A program made the translations under genes and the position numbers. Below, piece by piece: positions 1 through 9,388 of a stretch of 38,735 nucleotides of DNA; position 1 is the first letter of the stretch; each line of letters opens with the position of its first letter. Source of the stretch: a virus (Duplodnaviria > Caudoviricetes); the IMG/VR virus record IMGVR_UViG_3300049857_000025, positions 1 to 38,735 of that record. One strand, given 5' to 3'. The notes under the pieces were generated by a model that was given only the letters and a program-made list of their open reading frames with translations, had not been told where the DNA came from and did not search any database.

Positions 1-840
1 GTTTTCTTCTTGAATCTTCTTTTGGTTGGATTCAAACAAGTTCTTTTTTGATTCTAAAGCAACCAAATATTCCGCGAAATCTTTTTCAGAAATACGCGCA
101 AGATCAATTGATGAATCTTGGAAACCGTGTAACATCTTTGTTGCAATGATTGAACCGCGTGTACTTCTTGTTTTTTCACGCGCTTGTTCAAGTTCATGTG
201 CTTTTAAACGGTCATTCTCAGCTTTGAGACGAGCGTTTTCTTGTTCCTGTGCTTTTTGTTGCTCGGCTAATTTTTTCTTTTGGTTTTCGATTTCAATTTG
301 TTGCTCACGGAGTTTTCTTCCATGTTCGGCATTGGCTTTTTGTATTGCTTCCTGTTCTTCACGGAATTTGCGTTCTTTTTCTTCTTGATCAGCTTTTTTC
401 TTAGCTTCCTCAGCTAGTCGTGTGTCTTCTACCTTTTTAGCTTCTGCCTTAGCGCGTTCAATTTCTGCATTTTCAAAATCAGTTAATGGCTTTCTGATTT
501 GTTCTTTCAAAGCATCAAGTTCATCACGAATGAATTTACGCTCATTATCAACTTTGGTGCATTTTTCGGCCCATTCTGATTTTAAATCTTTACCAGCATT
601 ATCTAAGAAGGTTTTACTTCTAGTAACGCTATAAGCCTGTGAAGCAATTTTTTGTCTACCTTCGCTTGTATTAATGTCAGCAATAAAATCTAATGATTTC
701 ATTTTAATCGCATCAACAATATTTTTTGCTTCAACCCTTGCAGAAAAAACTAATTCAGCTTTAAACCTTTTTTCACCTTCTTTTGTAAACAAAACCAAAT
801 CATTTTTAACATCGTCTTTTTTAATTAATTCCATTTCCAT
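1..840 (-). CDS. Phage coiled-coil protein, truncated at the window edge
   Basis: Absent from the ORF track because no stop lies inside the window. My translation from ATG at 840 reads MEMELIKKDDVKNDLVLFTKEGEKRFKAELVFSARVEAKNIVDAIKMKSLDFIADINTSEGRQKIASQAYSVTRSKTFLDNAGKDL..., followed by a long E/K/Q/A-rich helical stretch. An ACGGAGA RBS precedes it. Confidence 0.8.
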   Translation of the reverse strand, partial: MEMELIKKDDVKNDLVLFTKEGEKRFKAELVFSARVEAKNIVDAIKMKSLDFIADINTSEGRQKIASQAYSVTRSKTFLDNAGKDLKSEWAEKCTKVDNERKFIRDELDALKEQIRKPLTDFENAEIERAKAEAKKVEDTRLAEEAKKKADQEEKERKFREEQEAIQKANAEHGRKLREQQIEIENQKKKLAEQQKAQEQENARLKAENDRLKAHELEQAREKTRSTRGSIIATKMLHGFQDSSIDLARISEKDFAEYLVALESKKNLFESNQKKIQEEN

Positions 841-867
841 CTTAATTCTCCGTTAAGTTTTTTTATA

Positions 868-1698
868 TTAATTCAAGAATCTTTTTTTAGCATCACAAGA
901 ATGCACTTGATAATACATTTTACCGCTATAAACATTTTTCATAAAGTCTGGTAAATCACTAGCTTCATCTTCATTGATTCTTTTAAACCAAACTTTATTT
1001 AAAGTATTCCATGCGTAACCTTCATTTTTAAGAATATCTTTTGATTCAAAAGGCGCACCAGTTGCAAGAACCATAACTTCTTTTTGCGAACCATTATAAA
1101 GCAATTCCATAAAGTAAGAATTTCCTGCGACATCCTTGCAATTCATTAATCTAAGTGTAGCCATGCAGTCAATATGCGCTCTATGGCCATCATAATAAAA
1201 ACCATTATCACGGCAAAGTGATTGCAAGGCACTTGATGAAAAACCTTTGTCTTTCCAATCAATATCGTTTTTAGTGCAAATCCAAAGTTTTTCTCTTGAG
1301 TTTAAAAAATTATTATGACAAAAATTTCTATCAAATTGTGCATTGTGCGCAAAAACAATATCTGTTTGACCAAAAACTTTTTCAATTACATCAACAGGCA
1401 TAACCATATCTTTTAAATCCTCGTCTTTAATGCCTGTTATTTTTATAATTTTTTCGCTCAATGGTTGCTTTGGGTCTGATAAAAAAGAACCAGTACCACG
1501 AACTTTAATAATTTCTTGAGTTAAAGATGAATATTCAAACATGGCAAAACCAAATTCGATTATCTTATCTTCATTGTAATCTAAACCAGTTGTTTCTAGG
1601 TCGATAACCAAGCCTACTTTATCACCTGATTGATCAGTTTTTGGCAAGAAAGAGGAACTGCCATCATAATATTTGATGATTTTATCTGGCTTTTCCAT
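868..1698 (-). CDS. DEDDh 3'-5' exonuclease (DNA polymerase III epsilon-like)
   Basis: ExoI motif VIDLETTG, ExoII motif AHNAQFD and ExoIII motif HRAHID. Confidence 0.92.
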   Translation of the reverse strand: MEKPDKIIKYYDGSSSFLPKTDQSGDKVGLVIDLETTGLDYNEDKIIEFGFAMFEYSSLTQEIIKVRGTGSFLSDPKQPLSEKIIKITGIKDEDLKDMVMPVDVIEKVFGQTDIVFAHNAQFDRNFCHNNFLNSREKLWICTKNDIDWKDKGFSSSALQSLCRDNGFYYDGHRAHIDCMATLRLMNCKDVAGNSYFMELLYNGSQKEVMVLATGAPFESKDILKNEGYAWNTLNKVWFKRINEDEASDLPDFMKNVYSGKMYYQVHSCDAKKRFLN

Positions 1699-1886
1699 TA
1701 TAGTAAATCCCCCTTTTTGAGTCCCAAGGCACTTTCTAGTGCCTTGATTGTATCGCCTGTAACATTTAATTTTTCACCGTCAATTATTCGGCTAATCGTT
1801 GAAATGTTCACACCTGATATTTTGCTTAACTCACCCATTGACATACCTGATGCCTTAAACTTTTCGATAAAATTTTTACAATTCAT
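1698..1886 (-). CDS. XRE/Cro-family helix-turn-helix protein
   Basis: 62 aa with the typical XRE HTH pattern GMSMGELSKISGVNISTISRII...TIKALESALG. Confidence 0.88.
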   Translation of the reverse strand: MNCKNFIEKFKASGMSMGELSKISGVNISTISRIIDGEKLNVTGDTIKALESALGLKKGDLL

Positions 1887-2713
1887 AATAATACCCTCAC
1901 ATCTTCGTAACCAGTTAAATATTTATTTGAAGTTTTCATTTCTTTTAATCTACGCACTTGTTTTTTTACTTGTGCTTGTAATTCTCTTTTAATATCCCAA
2001 CCAACTTTAAAAACACCTACACGATGTGTTTCCATTGTTTCAACGACCACAAAATAATAATCAATATCAAGGTTAGTTACGCTTAAAATTAACTCTGTGT
2101 AAAATCCTGAACTAAAATCATAACCCAATTTTTTAAAGTCGTAACTAAACCAATCTAAATCATCACAAGTTTTTAAATCGAAACAACCATAAGGCCCAAT
2201 CCAATCAGGTCTTATTTGACAATCAACACCTTCGATTTCGCCACGAATTACGCGCTCACCACAACCATAATTAATTAATTTTCTAGCTTCATCATGTTCA
2301 AAAACTGCATTACGCATAGCAATGATTTCGTTTTCTTCATCTTTATTCATCACTTCTTTTTCAATACCAATAGATTCACGCCATTCTTGAAATTTTTTTG
2401 TTTCACTTCCAAAACTTTTCCCTGTTGTCGGATTAATTAATTCGCCAACATAATATTTTTTATCAAAAACTTCTTTACCTTCTAATGTTAAGGTATGAAC
2501 CGCCGAACCTTTTTTAAAAGATGTTGAATTCTTTTTTTTTATCAATCCATCCATTGTCATCTGATACAATTTAGGATTCTTTGAAAAATCTAAAAGCTTA
2601 TGGCTTGATAAAAACAAGCCTTGTCTGCTTTTTTCTTGGTATAATTCCATATCCTCAGTGATTGAAGCACTGAGGATTGCATTATATTCACTTTCTTGCA
2701 TTTTTTCGATCAT
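1883..2713 (-). CDS. PD-(D/E)XK exonuclease, RecE/exonuclease VIII-like (DUF3799 type)
   Basis: LSSHKL, GSAVHTLTLE and catalytic IRPDW...FDLKT motifs; lies next to the SSB and Sak4-like genes. Confidence 0.85.
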   Translation of the reverse strand: MIEKMQESEYNAILSASITEDMELYQEKSRQGLFLSSHKLLDFSKNPKLYQMTMDGLIKKKNSTSFKKGSAVHTLTLEGKEVFDKKYYVGELINPTTGKSFGSETKKFQEWRESIGIEKEVMNKDEENEIIAMRNAVFEHDEARKLINYGCGERVIRGEIEGVDCQIRPDWIGPYGCFDLKTCDDLDWFSYDFKKLGYDFSSGFYTELILSVTNLDIDYYFVVVETMETHRVGVFKVGWDIKRELQAQVKKQVRRLKEMKTSNKYLTGYEDVRVLL

Positions 2714-2746
2714 TTAAGTTTTCTCCGTAAATGGTTAGTTTAAAAA

Positions 2747-3283
2747 TTAAAAAGGTGGTTTATCATCATCAACACCTTGTTGATTAGCAACTTTTGTAGC
2801 GGATGGATTACCGGTTGCCGTAAAAACTGGTTTAATATTTGAATTTGATGCAATTACTTTTGTTTCAACTTTCGGGGCAATTCCTTTAAATGATTTAACT
2901 ACTGATTTTAAACCACCTTTGTAAGCATCGTTTTCAACTTTAATCACAATAACTAATGGTATGTTATGTAATTCAGTTGTGTCTTTTGGTTCTGTAACAC
3001 CAACTGCTTTGCAAATTACAGCAAGCGTAACTCGCCCATTTGCTTCTTTTTTCTTGTCTGTATGCAAAATATTAGCAATAGACCAGATCAATCTTTTAGC
3101 ATAAGGCCCTTCAATAATTTGAAAACAAAAATTGATATATGAACCTGTGTCTTCTTTGTTTCGTTTTAATTCACTGCCTGTAATGATAGCCAAATATTCA
3201 CCATTAGGTATTACACCAAATTTGTCGGCTTGGCTTGTATCAACATCGTTAGCGTTAAAATTTAGTTTACTTAAATCAGTCAT
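2747..3283 (-). CDS. DUF669-family single-stranded DNA-binding protein
   Basis: IPNGEYLAII, FQIIEGPYAKRLIW and ICKAVGV motifs, with an acidic/aromatic tail (DDDKPPF); downstream of the AAA_24 ATPase. Confidence 0.85.
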   Translation of the reverse strand: MTDLSKLNFNANDVDTSQADKFGVIPNGEYLAIITGSELKRNKEDTGSYINFCFQIIEGPYAKRLIWSIANILHTDKKKEANGRVTLAVICKAVGVTEPKDTTELHNIPLVIVIKVENDAYKGGLKSVVKSFKGIAPKVETKVIASNSNIKPVFTATGNPSATKVANQQGVDDDKPPF

Positions 3284-3313
3284 CTGTATTCTCCTTGAGA
3301 TTAATTTTAATTT

Positions 3314-4066
3314 TTAGTTAGTTTTGAAATATTTACTGTATTCTGTGTAAGCTTGTCCTTTGACAAATGGAATTGATTCAGGCATGTCTAGGCGGTTTTT
3401 TGCTGAATAGCTTGGTCTTTCTTGGCATTTTAAAACACGCTCGCCTGTGCCTATCGCTTTGTTTTTACCATCATCAGTTGCTTTCATGTAGCTTTTATAA
3501 CAACAAAAAAGAACTTCATCTGCCCATTCACGAAGTAAAGCATTGCTTTGTTTATGAAGCTTAAGGCTGAAACGATCATAACTATCTGCGCTTGGGTCGT
3601 CGAATTTTTCGATTTTAGCGTGAGCAATTAAAACAATTGCCATGCCTTTTTTATCACGAAGCATATCAAAACCCTTTAGAATACGATTCCAATACTCCAA
3701 AGCATAAATATAGCCTTTCCCATATCCAAGTTCTTCAACACTTTCTGGTCGTTCACCGTTCTTTTTAGTGTTTTCCATACAAACAATTTTGAAAATCAAT
3801 GTTTCCAACCAGTCAAGAGAGTCTAATACTAGAGTTTTATATTCGTGATCTTCTTTGATTAAAGATGTTAATTGTTGTACAACATCTTCAAATGATTCAG
3901 CTTTTGGAAATCTTGCAACATCTAAATGGCTTTGACCGTCCTCAGTCTGAATAAAAATTGGGTTTGGAAATTCTGACCCAAATGTACTTTTACCGATGCC
4001 ATTGGTTCCATAAACAATACATCGTCTAGGCTTTAAAACTTTTCCTTTTTGAATTAATTCAAGCAT
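3314..4066 (-). CDS. AAA_24 / Sak4-like ATPase (single-strand annealing recombinase)
   Basis: Walker A YGTNGIGKST, Walker B TLVLDSLDWLE, plus LIAH, EWADEVLF and AKNR motifs. Confidence 0.9.
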   Translation of the reverse strand: MLELIQKGKVLKPRRCIVYGTNGIGKSTFGSEFPNPIFIQTEDGQSHLDVARFPKAESFEDVVQQLTSLIKEDHEYKTLVLDSLDWLETLIFKIVCMENTKKNGERPESVEELGYGKGYIYALEYWNRILKGFDMLRDKKGMAIVLIAHAKIEKFDDPSADSYDRFSLKLHKQSNALLREWADEVLFCCYKSYMKATDDGKNKAIGTGERVLKCQERPSYSAKNRLDMPESIPFVKGQAYTEYSKYFKTN

Positions 4067-4259
4067 TTTGTTTCTCCGTTAAGATTTCCATATCTTCAAT
4101 AGTTTCAAGTGTTTTTTCTAATACTCTTATTTCTTTTATGTCGCCCCTCTCCTTTCTTTTTGTAATTACTCTTTTATAACATTTAGCCATATATCCCAAA
4201 TCACCTTTGTAACAATTATCACAAATAAATTTAATGTCTTCCATTTCCTTGGTCATCAT
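4059..4259 (-). CDS. Hypothetical protein, first gene of the leftward early operon
   Basis: 66-aa ORF with an ACGGAGA RBS and a CxxC motif; overlaps the next gene's start. Confidence 0.65.
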   Translation of the reverse strand: MMTKEMEDIKFICDNCYKGDLGYMAKCYKRVITKRKERGDIKEIRVLEKTLETIEDMEILTEKQNA

Positions 4260-4300
4260 AATTAATCTCCGTTAATTCTGTTTTTATTAATAATACCGCA

Positions 4301-4322
4301 TGTTTACTTAAATAAAAGTCTT
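4301..4322. promoter_or_regulatory. Palindromic operator-like site, copy 1
   Basis: Core TTTACTTAAATAAA at 4303-4316; related copies at 29443-29456 and 34418-34431. Confidence 0.45.
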
Positions 4323-4361
4323 TTTTTAAATAAATAGTAAAAAAGTATTAAAATTTATTTT

Positions 4362-4408
4362 ACACAACATCTTGTATGATTGTTTTTTCTAAACACTATA
4401 TGTTGATT
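4362..4408. promoter_or_regulatory. Tandem NrdR-box-like sites
   Basis: ACACAACATCTTGTAT (4362-4377) and ACACTATATGTTGATT (4393-4408), 31 bp apart, both resembling the NrdR consensus acaCwAtATaTwGtgt. Confidence 0.65.
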
Positions 4409-4472
4409 AATTAAAAATAATGGTAAAAAAGCAATCAAATTATATAATAAAAAAAGTTATATTTAACGGAGA

Positions 4473-4877
4473 TTGCTTGTGCTACCAGAAAAACCTCTTT
4501 ATATTTTACCTCTACCGATTCCACATAAAAAGTTAAGACCTAATTCAAAATGTAATCCCTATGAAAAATTAAGGATAATTAAAAAAAATCGTCGTGTGTG
4601 CTATTTACTTGCAATGATGTTATTTGGTGACATAGTTAATAAATTTGGATTTAAACCATATAAAAAAGCGCAAATTAAACAAGTGTTTTATTTTAAAGAT
4701 AAACGAACTGGAGACGAAGACAACGCGGAAGCAAGCACAAAATCAAGCACGGATGGTGTTTGCGATAGCAGAATAATTCAAAACGATAAAGGAATACATT
4801 GGCTAGAAAGGGAATTTATTATCGATAAATCAAAAGCGGGGAAAATGGAATACCATTTTTATTCGCTATCAGATTGA
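4473..4877 (+). CDS. rusA: RusA-like Holliday junction resolvase (probable true start GTG at 4479)
   Basis: LPxP..LRPN N-terminus and FYFKDKRTGDEDN...K...DG....IIQND match the RusA acidic triad pattern. ACGGAGA at 4466-4472 is correctly spaced for GTG 4479. Confidence 0.75.
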   Translation: MLVLPEKPLYILPLPIPHKKLRPNSKCNPYEKLRIIKKNRRVCYLLAMMLFGDIVNKFGFKPYKKAQIKQVFYFKDKRTGDEDNAEASTKSSTDGVCDSRIIQNDKGIHWLEREFIIDKSKAGKMEYHFYSLSD

Positions 4878-5203
4878 CTTTCAGATTTAAAATTTTTTTC
4901 ATAAGGTTTTTCATTATCATTAATCTTTCCAAGTCTACCAATAATTTTACCCAAATCTTTAAAGTCCTTAGCGTGTTGAATTAATGCTTCGTTATTTTGT
5001 ATAATTACTTTTTGCTGATCTCTAATCATTAAAGACATTTCATTTCTTATAAAATTATTAGCACTATCTAAATCTTTTTCTATTTTAGAAAATCTTTTTT
5101 CAGCTTGCTTTGTTTGTCTCCAAAGCAATAATAAAAAAGATGTAAAAAGAATAACGGCAAATCCGTATTCTTGAATTAATTTTGGATTAGCTAAAAATTC
5201 CAT
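4859..5203 (-). CDS. Holin-like membrane protein (BhlA/UviB-like)
   Basis: A single N-terminal TM helix (YGFAVILFTSFLLLLW) followed by a charged coiled coil; last gene of the late operon. Confidence 0.55.
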   Translation of the reverse strand: MEFLANPKLIQEYGFAVILFTSFLLLLWRQTKQAEKRFSKIEKDLDSANNFIRNEMSLMIRDQQKVIIQNNEALIQHAKDFKDLGKIIGRLGKINDNEKPYEKNFKSESQSDSE

Positions 5204-5219
5204 TTAAAAACCTTTCAAA

Positions 5220-6137
5220 TTAATTTGGTGCATCCCACTCTTTAAAATACCAAGTTCCTGCGGTTTCATTTATAGTTCCAAATCCATTTATAGGAACACC
5301 TTGATCATTTGTTGCAATTTTTACTTGCACATTTGCTTGAGTTAAAAAAACTTGAACTTTACCGCCTGCATAACGCCCTATATTTGGAGTAATTGCAATT
5401 GAAACATTAAGTAGTTCAGCAAGTGGTGCAGATGTTCCTGTTGGAACATTATTATAAACTTTTGTAATTGTTCCTTGTGGCCCTTGTACGGTTAATGTTA
5501 CAGTTGTTAAACCAGGAAGTCCTGCCGTTCTCCAAAGCATTGCCACACCACCAAGTATAGTTGTGAAGCCAAAATCAGGAACCGATACAAAATATTTTTT
5601 AGTATCTGTCATTGGGAGATAAACAGAATTATGAAATTGAGAACACCGCATATCAGTAACGGCTGTAACATTTGTTGCGTTGCTAACAATATAAGAAAGT
5701 AATGTAGAGTTTGCAGGGCGTGTATGTTGTGCGCCATGTGCAACGGTAACTGTTGTGAATCTTGCAGGCGGTAAAGTGCTTACAACTCCCGATATATTTA
5801 ATGTTAAATATAAATAGGTATCTGAATTAGTTGTAACTGGTATATTGTAACTCGCAGTTGTTGTAACCAATTCAACATATCTACCTTCAATGTAAGCACG
5901 ACCACGAGTAACATTTACAGAAAGCAATGCGCCAATTGTGGTTACAAATCCGCCTGGCAAAGTTGGATTTGCCGAACCATCAAGTTCGGGAAGCACGCAA
6001 TTTTTTGGGCGTCTAGCATTTAAATTTTTAGAAAAATTAACTTCACTACCATTCACACCGTTATAAGGCGCAAAGGCAATATCATTTTCAGTAGGGTAAA
6101 TTCTTTCAAACTGTGCAAATGCAATATCTGTAGTCAT
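5220..6137 (-). CDS. Tail fibre / receptor-binding protein
   Basis: The N-terminal LSVNVTRGRAYIEGRYVE...YLYL...VTDMR pattern is typical of fibre attachment domains; beta-rich C-terminus; at the end of the tail module. Confidence 0.6.
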   Translation of the reverse strand: MTTDIAFAQFERIYPTENDIAFAPYNGVNGSEVNFSKNLNARRPKNCVLPELDGSANPTLPGGFVTTIGALLSVNVTRGRAYIEGRYVELVTTTASYNIPVTTNSDTYLYLTLNISGVVSTLPPARFTTVTVAHGAQHTRPANSTLLSYIVSNATNVTAVTDMRCSQFHNSVYLPMTDTKKYFVSVPDFGFTTILGGVAMLWRTAGLPGLTTVTLTVQGPQGTITKVYNNVPTGTSAPLAELLNVSIAITPNIGRYAGGKVQVFLTQANVQVKIATNDQGVPINGFGTINETAGTWYFKEWDAPN

Positions 6138-6139
6138 TT

Positions 6140-7141
6140 TTAAGCGCCTCTTTTAAATCCAATTACCCAAGTCAATACCGCCTCTGCATTTGCTGGTATT
6201 GGAATATTTAAAACTGACCTAGAAAACATGGTCCTAACCGTCTCAATATTGAGACTGTCGTTAAAATTTCTTCTAGTTCTCTGATTGAAAAGTCCTGCCT
6301 CTTTTATTATAAATGGAACTGTATTAATTGGTATATATTTTTGAATAATAATTTTTGCTTCATAATTCACATTAGAACCTTCACCGGTTAAATCTAGGCG
6401 TGTAATTGTAGGAAGTGAATCATATAATGTTTTTGGAGAATTAAGGTCTAGCATTTCGGCATTTCCTGAGGAATTATTATCGCCAAGAGAAACTAAGTTA
6501 AGGCCCCATGGGCAAGGTGTAAAGAAATTGGAAGGGTCGCCACCTGCATCATAATAATTATTGGAATTATCGACTAGGTCATCAGATTTTTTAAGGGCTT
6601 CACAACAGATTTTTGAACCATTATAAACTATTCCACCACTGGTTAAAAAATCTTGAACATTGAATTTTACTGACCAAATACCGCTATAAATACTTTGATA
6701 ATCCATTGTAAACGGTGCGGATGTCTGCGCGCGCGCGAACATTTCACCGCCTGCAAAGCGATTAAATAAACCAACTTCTCTTAATGTAGTTGATGGGTTT
6801 GTATTTAATTGTGGGTCGTTTGATGCACTAAATTCACTTTCTACTGTATATGTATAATTATTATCAATATCAACTGCAACATCTAATGTGTTTCCTGCAT
6901 GCCTTACTTTTTCAGATGTCAAAGCAGTTTGCAAAGCCACCTGATTAGGAAGAATATTAGCATCGTTATCACCAACAGCGAAATAAAATTGAGGCAAAGA
7001 CTTATCAAGTAAGCTATAAACGATTTCACTTAAACCCTTATTAGTTACAGTATTTTTTTTCGAAAATCTTTCACCGTTTTTTTTTACAAGTGTTGCTTTT
7101 CCAGTTACACCAAGTGAATATTTAAAATCCTGTCTTATCAT
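6140..7141 (-). CDS. Tail-collar/baseplate protein with two tandem DUF3751-like domains
   Basis: Domain 1 reads NTVTNKG..YFAVGD..TALTSE..LREVGLFN..MFAR and domain 2 reads ..LVSLGD..IKEAGLFN..MFSR. Confidence 0.65.
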   Translation of the reverse strand: MIRQDFKYSLGVTGKATLVKKNGERFSKKNTVTNKGLSEIVYSLLDKSLPQFYFAVGDNDANILPNQVALQTALTSEKVRHAGNTLDVAVDIDNNYTYTVESEFSASNDPQLNTNPSTTLREVGLFNRFAGGEMFARAQTSAPFTMDYQSIYSGIWSVKFNVQDFLTSGGIVYNGSKICCEALKKSDDLVDNSNNYYDAGGDPSNFFTPCPWGLNLVSLGDNNSSGNAEMLDLNSPKTLYDSLPTITRLDLTGEGSNVNYEAKIIIQKYIPINTVPFIIKEAGLFNQRTRRNFNDSLNIETVRTMFSRSVLNIPIPANAEAVLTWVIGFKRGA

Positions 7142-8799
7142 ATTAACCCTAAAACTTTCACTTGTGGTCTAAGGTGCATATTATGAAGATGTAAATTTCT
7201 ACCAATATGACACCATGATCTTTCATAACTTTTATTTTGTACTTCCAATGTAGATATTCCAAGTGATGATGTAAAAGTTTGTGTCATCAAAATACCTTCT
7301 AAATTATCATCACCAACAATTAATTTTTGTTGTTCTCTAAGCTTTAATTGTCTACCAAAGAATTCTATTTTACGATAATATTCCTGCCAATCACCTAAAT
7401 TTTCACCTGATATTAATTCATACTTAAATCTTTTTAAAACACCACTTAAATCTGATATTTCAACACTATTAACAACAAATCCGTTTTTTATATCAATTCC
7501 ATAATCGTCTAGCTTAACACTTAGCACTTCGCCTATTTCTAATACTTGAGAATCAGATGAAAATTTAACGGTTACAGGAACATAAGCAAATTTTCTAACA
7601 CGACCTTTTGCGAATTGTAAAGCATACTTTCCGCTTTCAATTGATTCATCATCTTCAACATCTTGATAAAGTCCGCTTGTATTTTCAAGTTTTTTATATT
7701 TATTAATGGAACCAGTTGGATCTTTGTATTGCCTAACAATAGTTTTTAAACCTTTATAAATTACTTCTAATGTTTTACCGCTTGTTAAAACTGTTTCAGC
7801 TTGATTTTGTGAAATTGTATTTTCGCCTTTTGAGAAATACCATTGATAATAAACATCACTTTCATCACGGACACCAATAGTTTGATTAACTCCATTTACT
7901 TTAACAGCATCCGGTGCAATAGTTTTATCTGCATTTAATTTAACTGTGCTTACTGGATACCTAACACTAAATGTAGTTCTTTCACCATCCCCTGCAAATT
8001 GCTCGGTAAGTAAATCAGTTTCATCTTTACCTGCAATAATAAATTGATGATTAACTAATTGATCTGAACGCTTTTCAACTGATATGTCAGCGCTTCTAAT
8101 TCCTTGACTACAATTTGAAAGCGCTGATTTAATAAATGAACAATAATCACTTTGAATTGGAGCAGGGTATAAAAAAGAACCAGTTGTCTGAGTAGACCTT
8201 AAAAAGAAGTGCAGATCACGGTAAAAATCTATATACCAAAATAATCCTGTATTTGTTGAAATATCGTTGAATGCTTTACTAGCTTTAACATAACTAAAAA
8301 CCGCTTTCTCAAGCATTAAATTTTTGCAATCAACATTTTTGGTGGTAATATTTTCACCTTTTAAATAATCTCTAACGATAGCCAAAACAACATCTTGAAC
8401 TGGTTGATTATCATAAATATTAAAAACTAATCTCTTATCAAGTAGCGCATTATAATCCACACAAGTTACTTTATGAAAAACAGTTCTACCAGTATATTCG
8501 CATTCGCTTGTAATATCTCTTAAATGCCCTGCAAAAACTCTTTTAAATGGAACGCCTTTGCAAGGTGAATGCTCAATAATAATTTCTTGATTCATTAATG
8601 GAGAATAACCACCAATTCCAATCAAAGTAAAACTAGCGGTACTGCGATTATTCATGTGTCTTGAAATTTTAAGAGAACCAGGAGCGAGATAATCTAAGGC
8701 GTTTTTTGCATCAATAGAAAATATAAACAGACCTTCTCCGAAGTCTGTAAAATGCTCAGAATAAAAATGCGGTAATACGAAATGTTTAGAAGTAAACAT
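7138..8799 (-). CDS. Tail tip / baseplate hub protein
   Basis: Hub-type motifs RVFAG...VTCVDY..LLDKRLV and WYIDFYRDLHFF, an internal FAGDGERTTF domain, and position two genes after the tape measure. Confidence 0.72.
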   Translation of the reverse strand: MFTSKHFVLPHFYSEHFTDFGEGLFIFSIDAKNALDYLAPGSLKISRHMNNRSTASFTLIGIGGYSPLMNQEIIIEHSPCKGVPFKRVFAGHLRDITSECEYTGRTVFHKVTCVDYNALLDKRLVFNIYDNQPVQDVVLAIVRDYLKGENITTKNVDCKNLMLEKAVFSYVKASKAFNDISTNTGLFWYIDFYRDLHFFLRSTQTTGSFLYPAPIQSDYCSFIKSALSNCSQGIRSADISVEKRSDQLVNHQFIIAGKDETDLLTEQFAGDGERTTFSVRYPVSTVKLNADKTIAPDAVKVNGVNQTIGVRDESDVYYQWYFSKGENTISQNQAETVLTSGKTLEVIYKGLKTIVRQYKDPTGSINKYKKLENTSGLYQDVEDDESIESGKYALQFAKGRVRKFAYVPVTVKFSSDSQVLEIGEVLSVKLDDYGIDIKNGFVVNSVEISDLSGVLKRFKYELISGENLGDWQEYYRKIEFFGRQLKLREQQKLIVGDDNLEGILMTQTFTSSLGISTLEVQNKSYERSWCHIGRNLHLHNMHLRPQVKVLGLI

Positions 8800-8800
8800 G

Positions 8801-9388
8801 TTATAATAATGTAACTCCAGTACGGTTTTTACTATCGCTTGATTGACTAGTTACACGCGAAACGGCATTATTGTTTATTGCTTTGAAAATTGTTTGTGCG
8901 GTTTCTGCACCTGTGGTTTCACCACAAAGCACGCTTGCCATGTATTGAAGTGCGGTTCTCATATTCAATGCTTCGATTGCAACATCATCAACACCATCAG
9001 TAGATAATTTAACTCCTAGTTCACTTGAAACTTTAGTCAAATTAATTTCATACATTACATCTTGATTGGCTGCGCCTGTAAATCTAAAAGAAATATAAAC
9101 TTTACCGCTATTAGATTGCAATATTGCGTTTGGTATTGAATACTGATAAACACCTGGAAGATTAACACTATCAACTTCCTTCCAACCATTTGTCAACCAA
9201 ACATCATTAGTAGCGTTTACAACTGGGTTTGCTGTTGCACTCGCCCCTGCTTTACCTCGTTCAAAATATCGAATAAATACAGCGGTATTGGCAAGTCCAG
9301 TAACTCCCTTACCACTACCATTTAAAACAAGAACTTCAATTATTTTGCTTGTTGCATTGCGCGCTATAAAATCAATTTGGTTAGGCAT
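8801..9388 (-). CDS. Virion tail-associated protein
   Basis: Translationally coupled between the tape measure and hub genes; Gly/Thr/Asn-rich with WKEVDSVNLPGVY and RVTSQSSDSKNRTGVTL segments. Confidence 0.6.
   Translation of the reverse strand: MPNQIDFIARNATSKIIEVLVLNGSGKGVTGLANTAVFIRYFERGKAGASATANPVVNATNDVWLTNGWKEVDSVNLPGVYQYSIPNAILQSNSGKVYISFRFTGAANQDVMYEINLTKVSSELGVKLSTDGVDDVAIEALNMRTALQYMASVLCGETTGAETAQTIFKAINNNAVSRVTSQSSDSKNRTGVTLL

Noticed and set aside
26-856. Plus-strand ORFs 26..388, 422..634 and 674..856
   Set aside because: They are antisense shadows of the minus-strand coiled-coil gene (840 to <1), with Ser/Phe-rich composition and no RBS.
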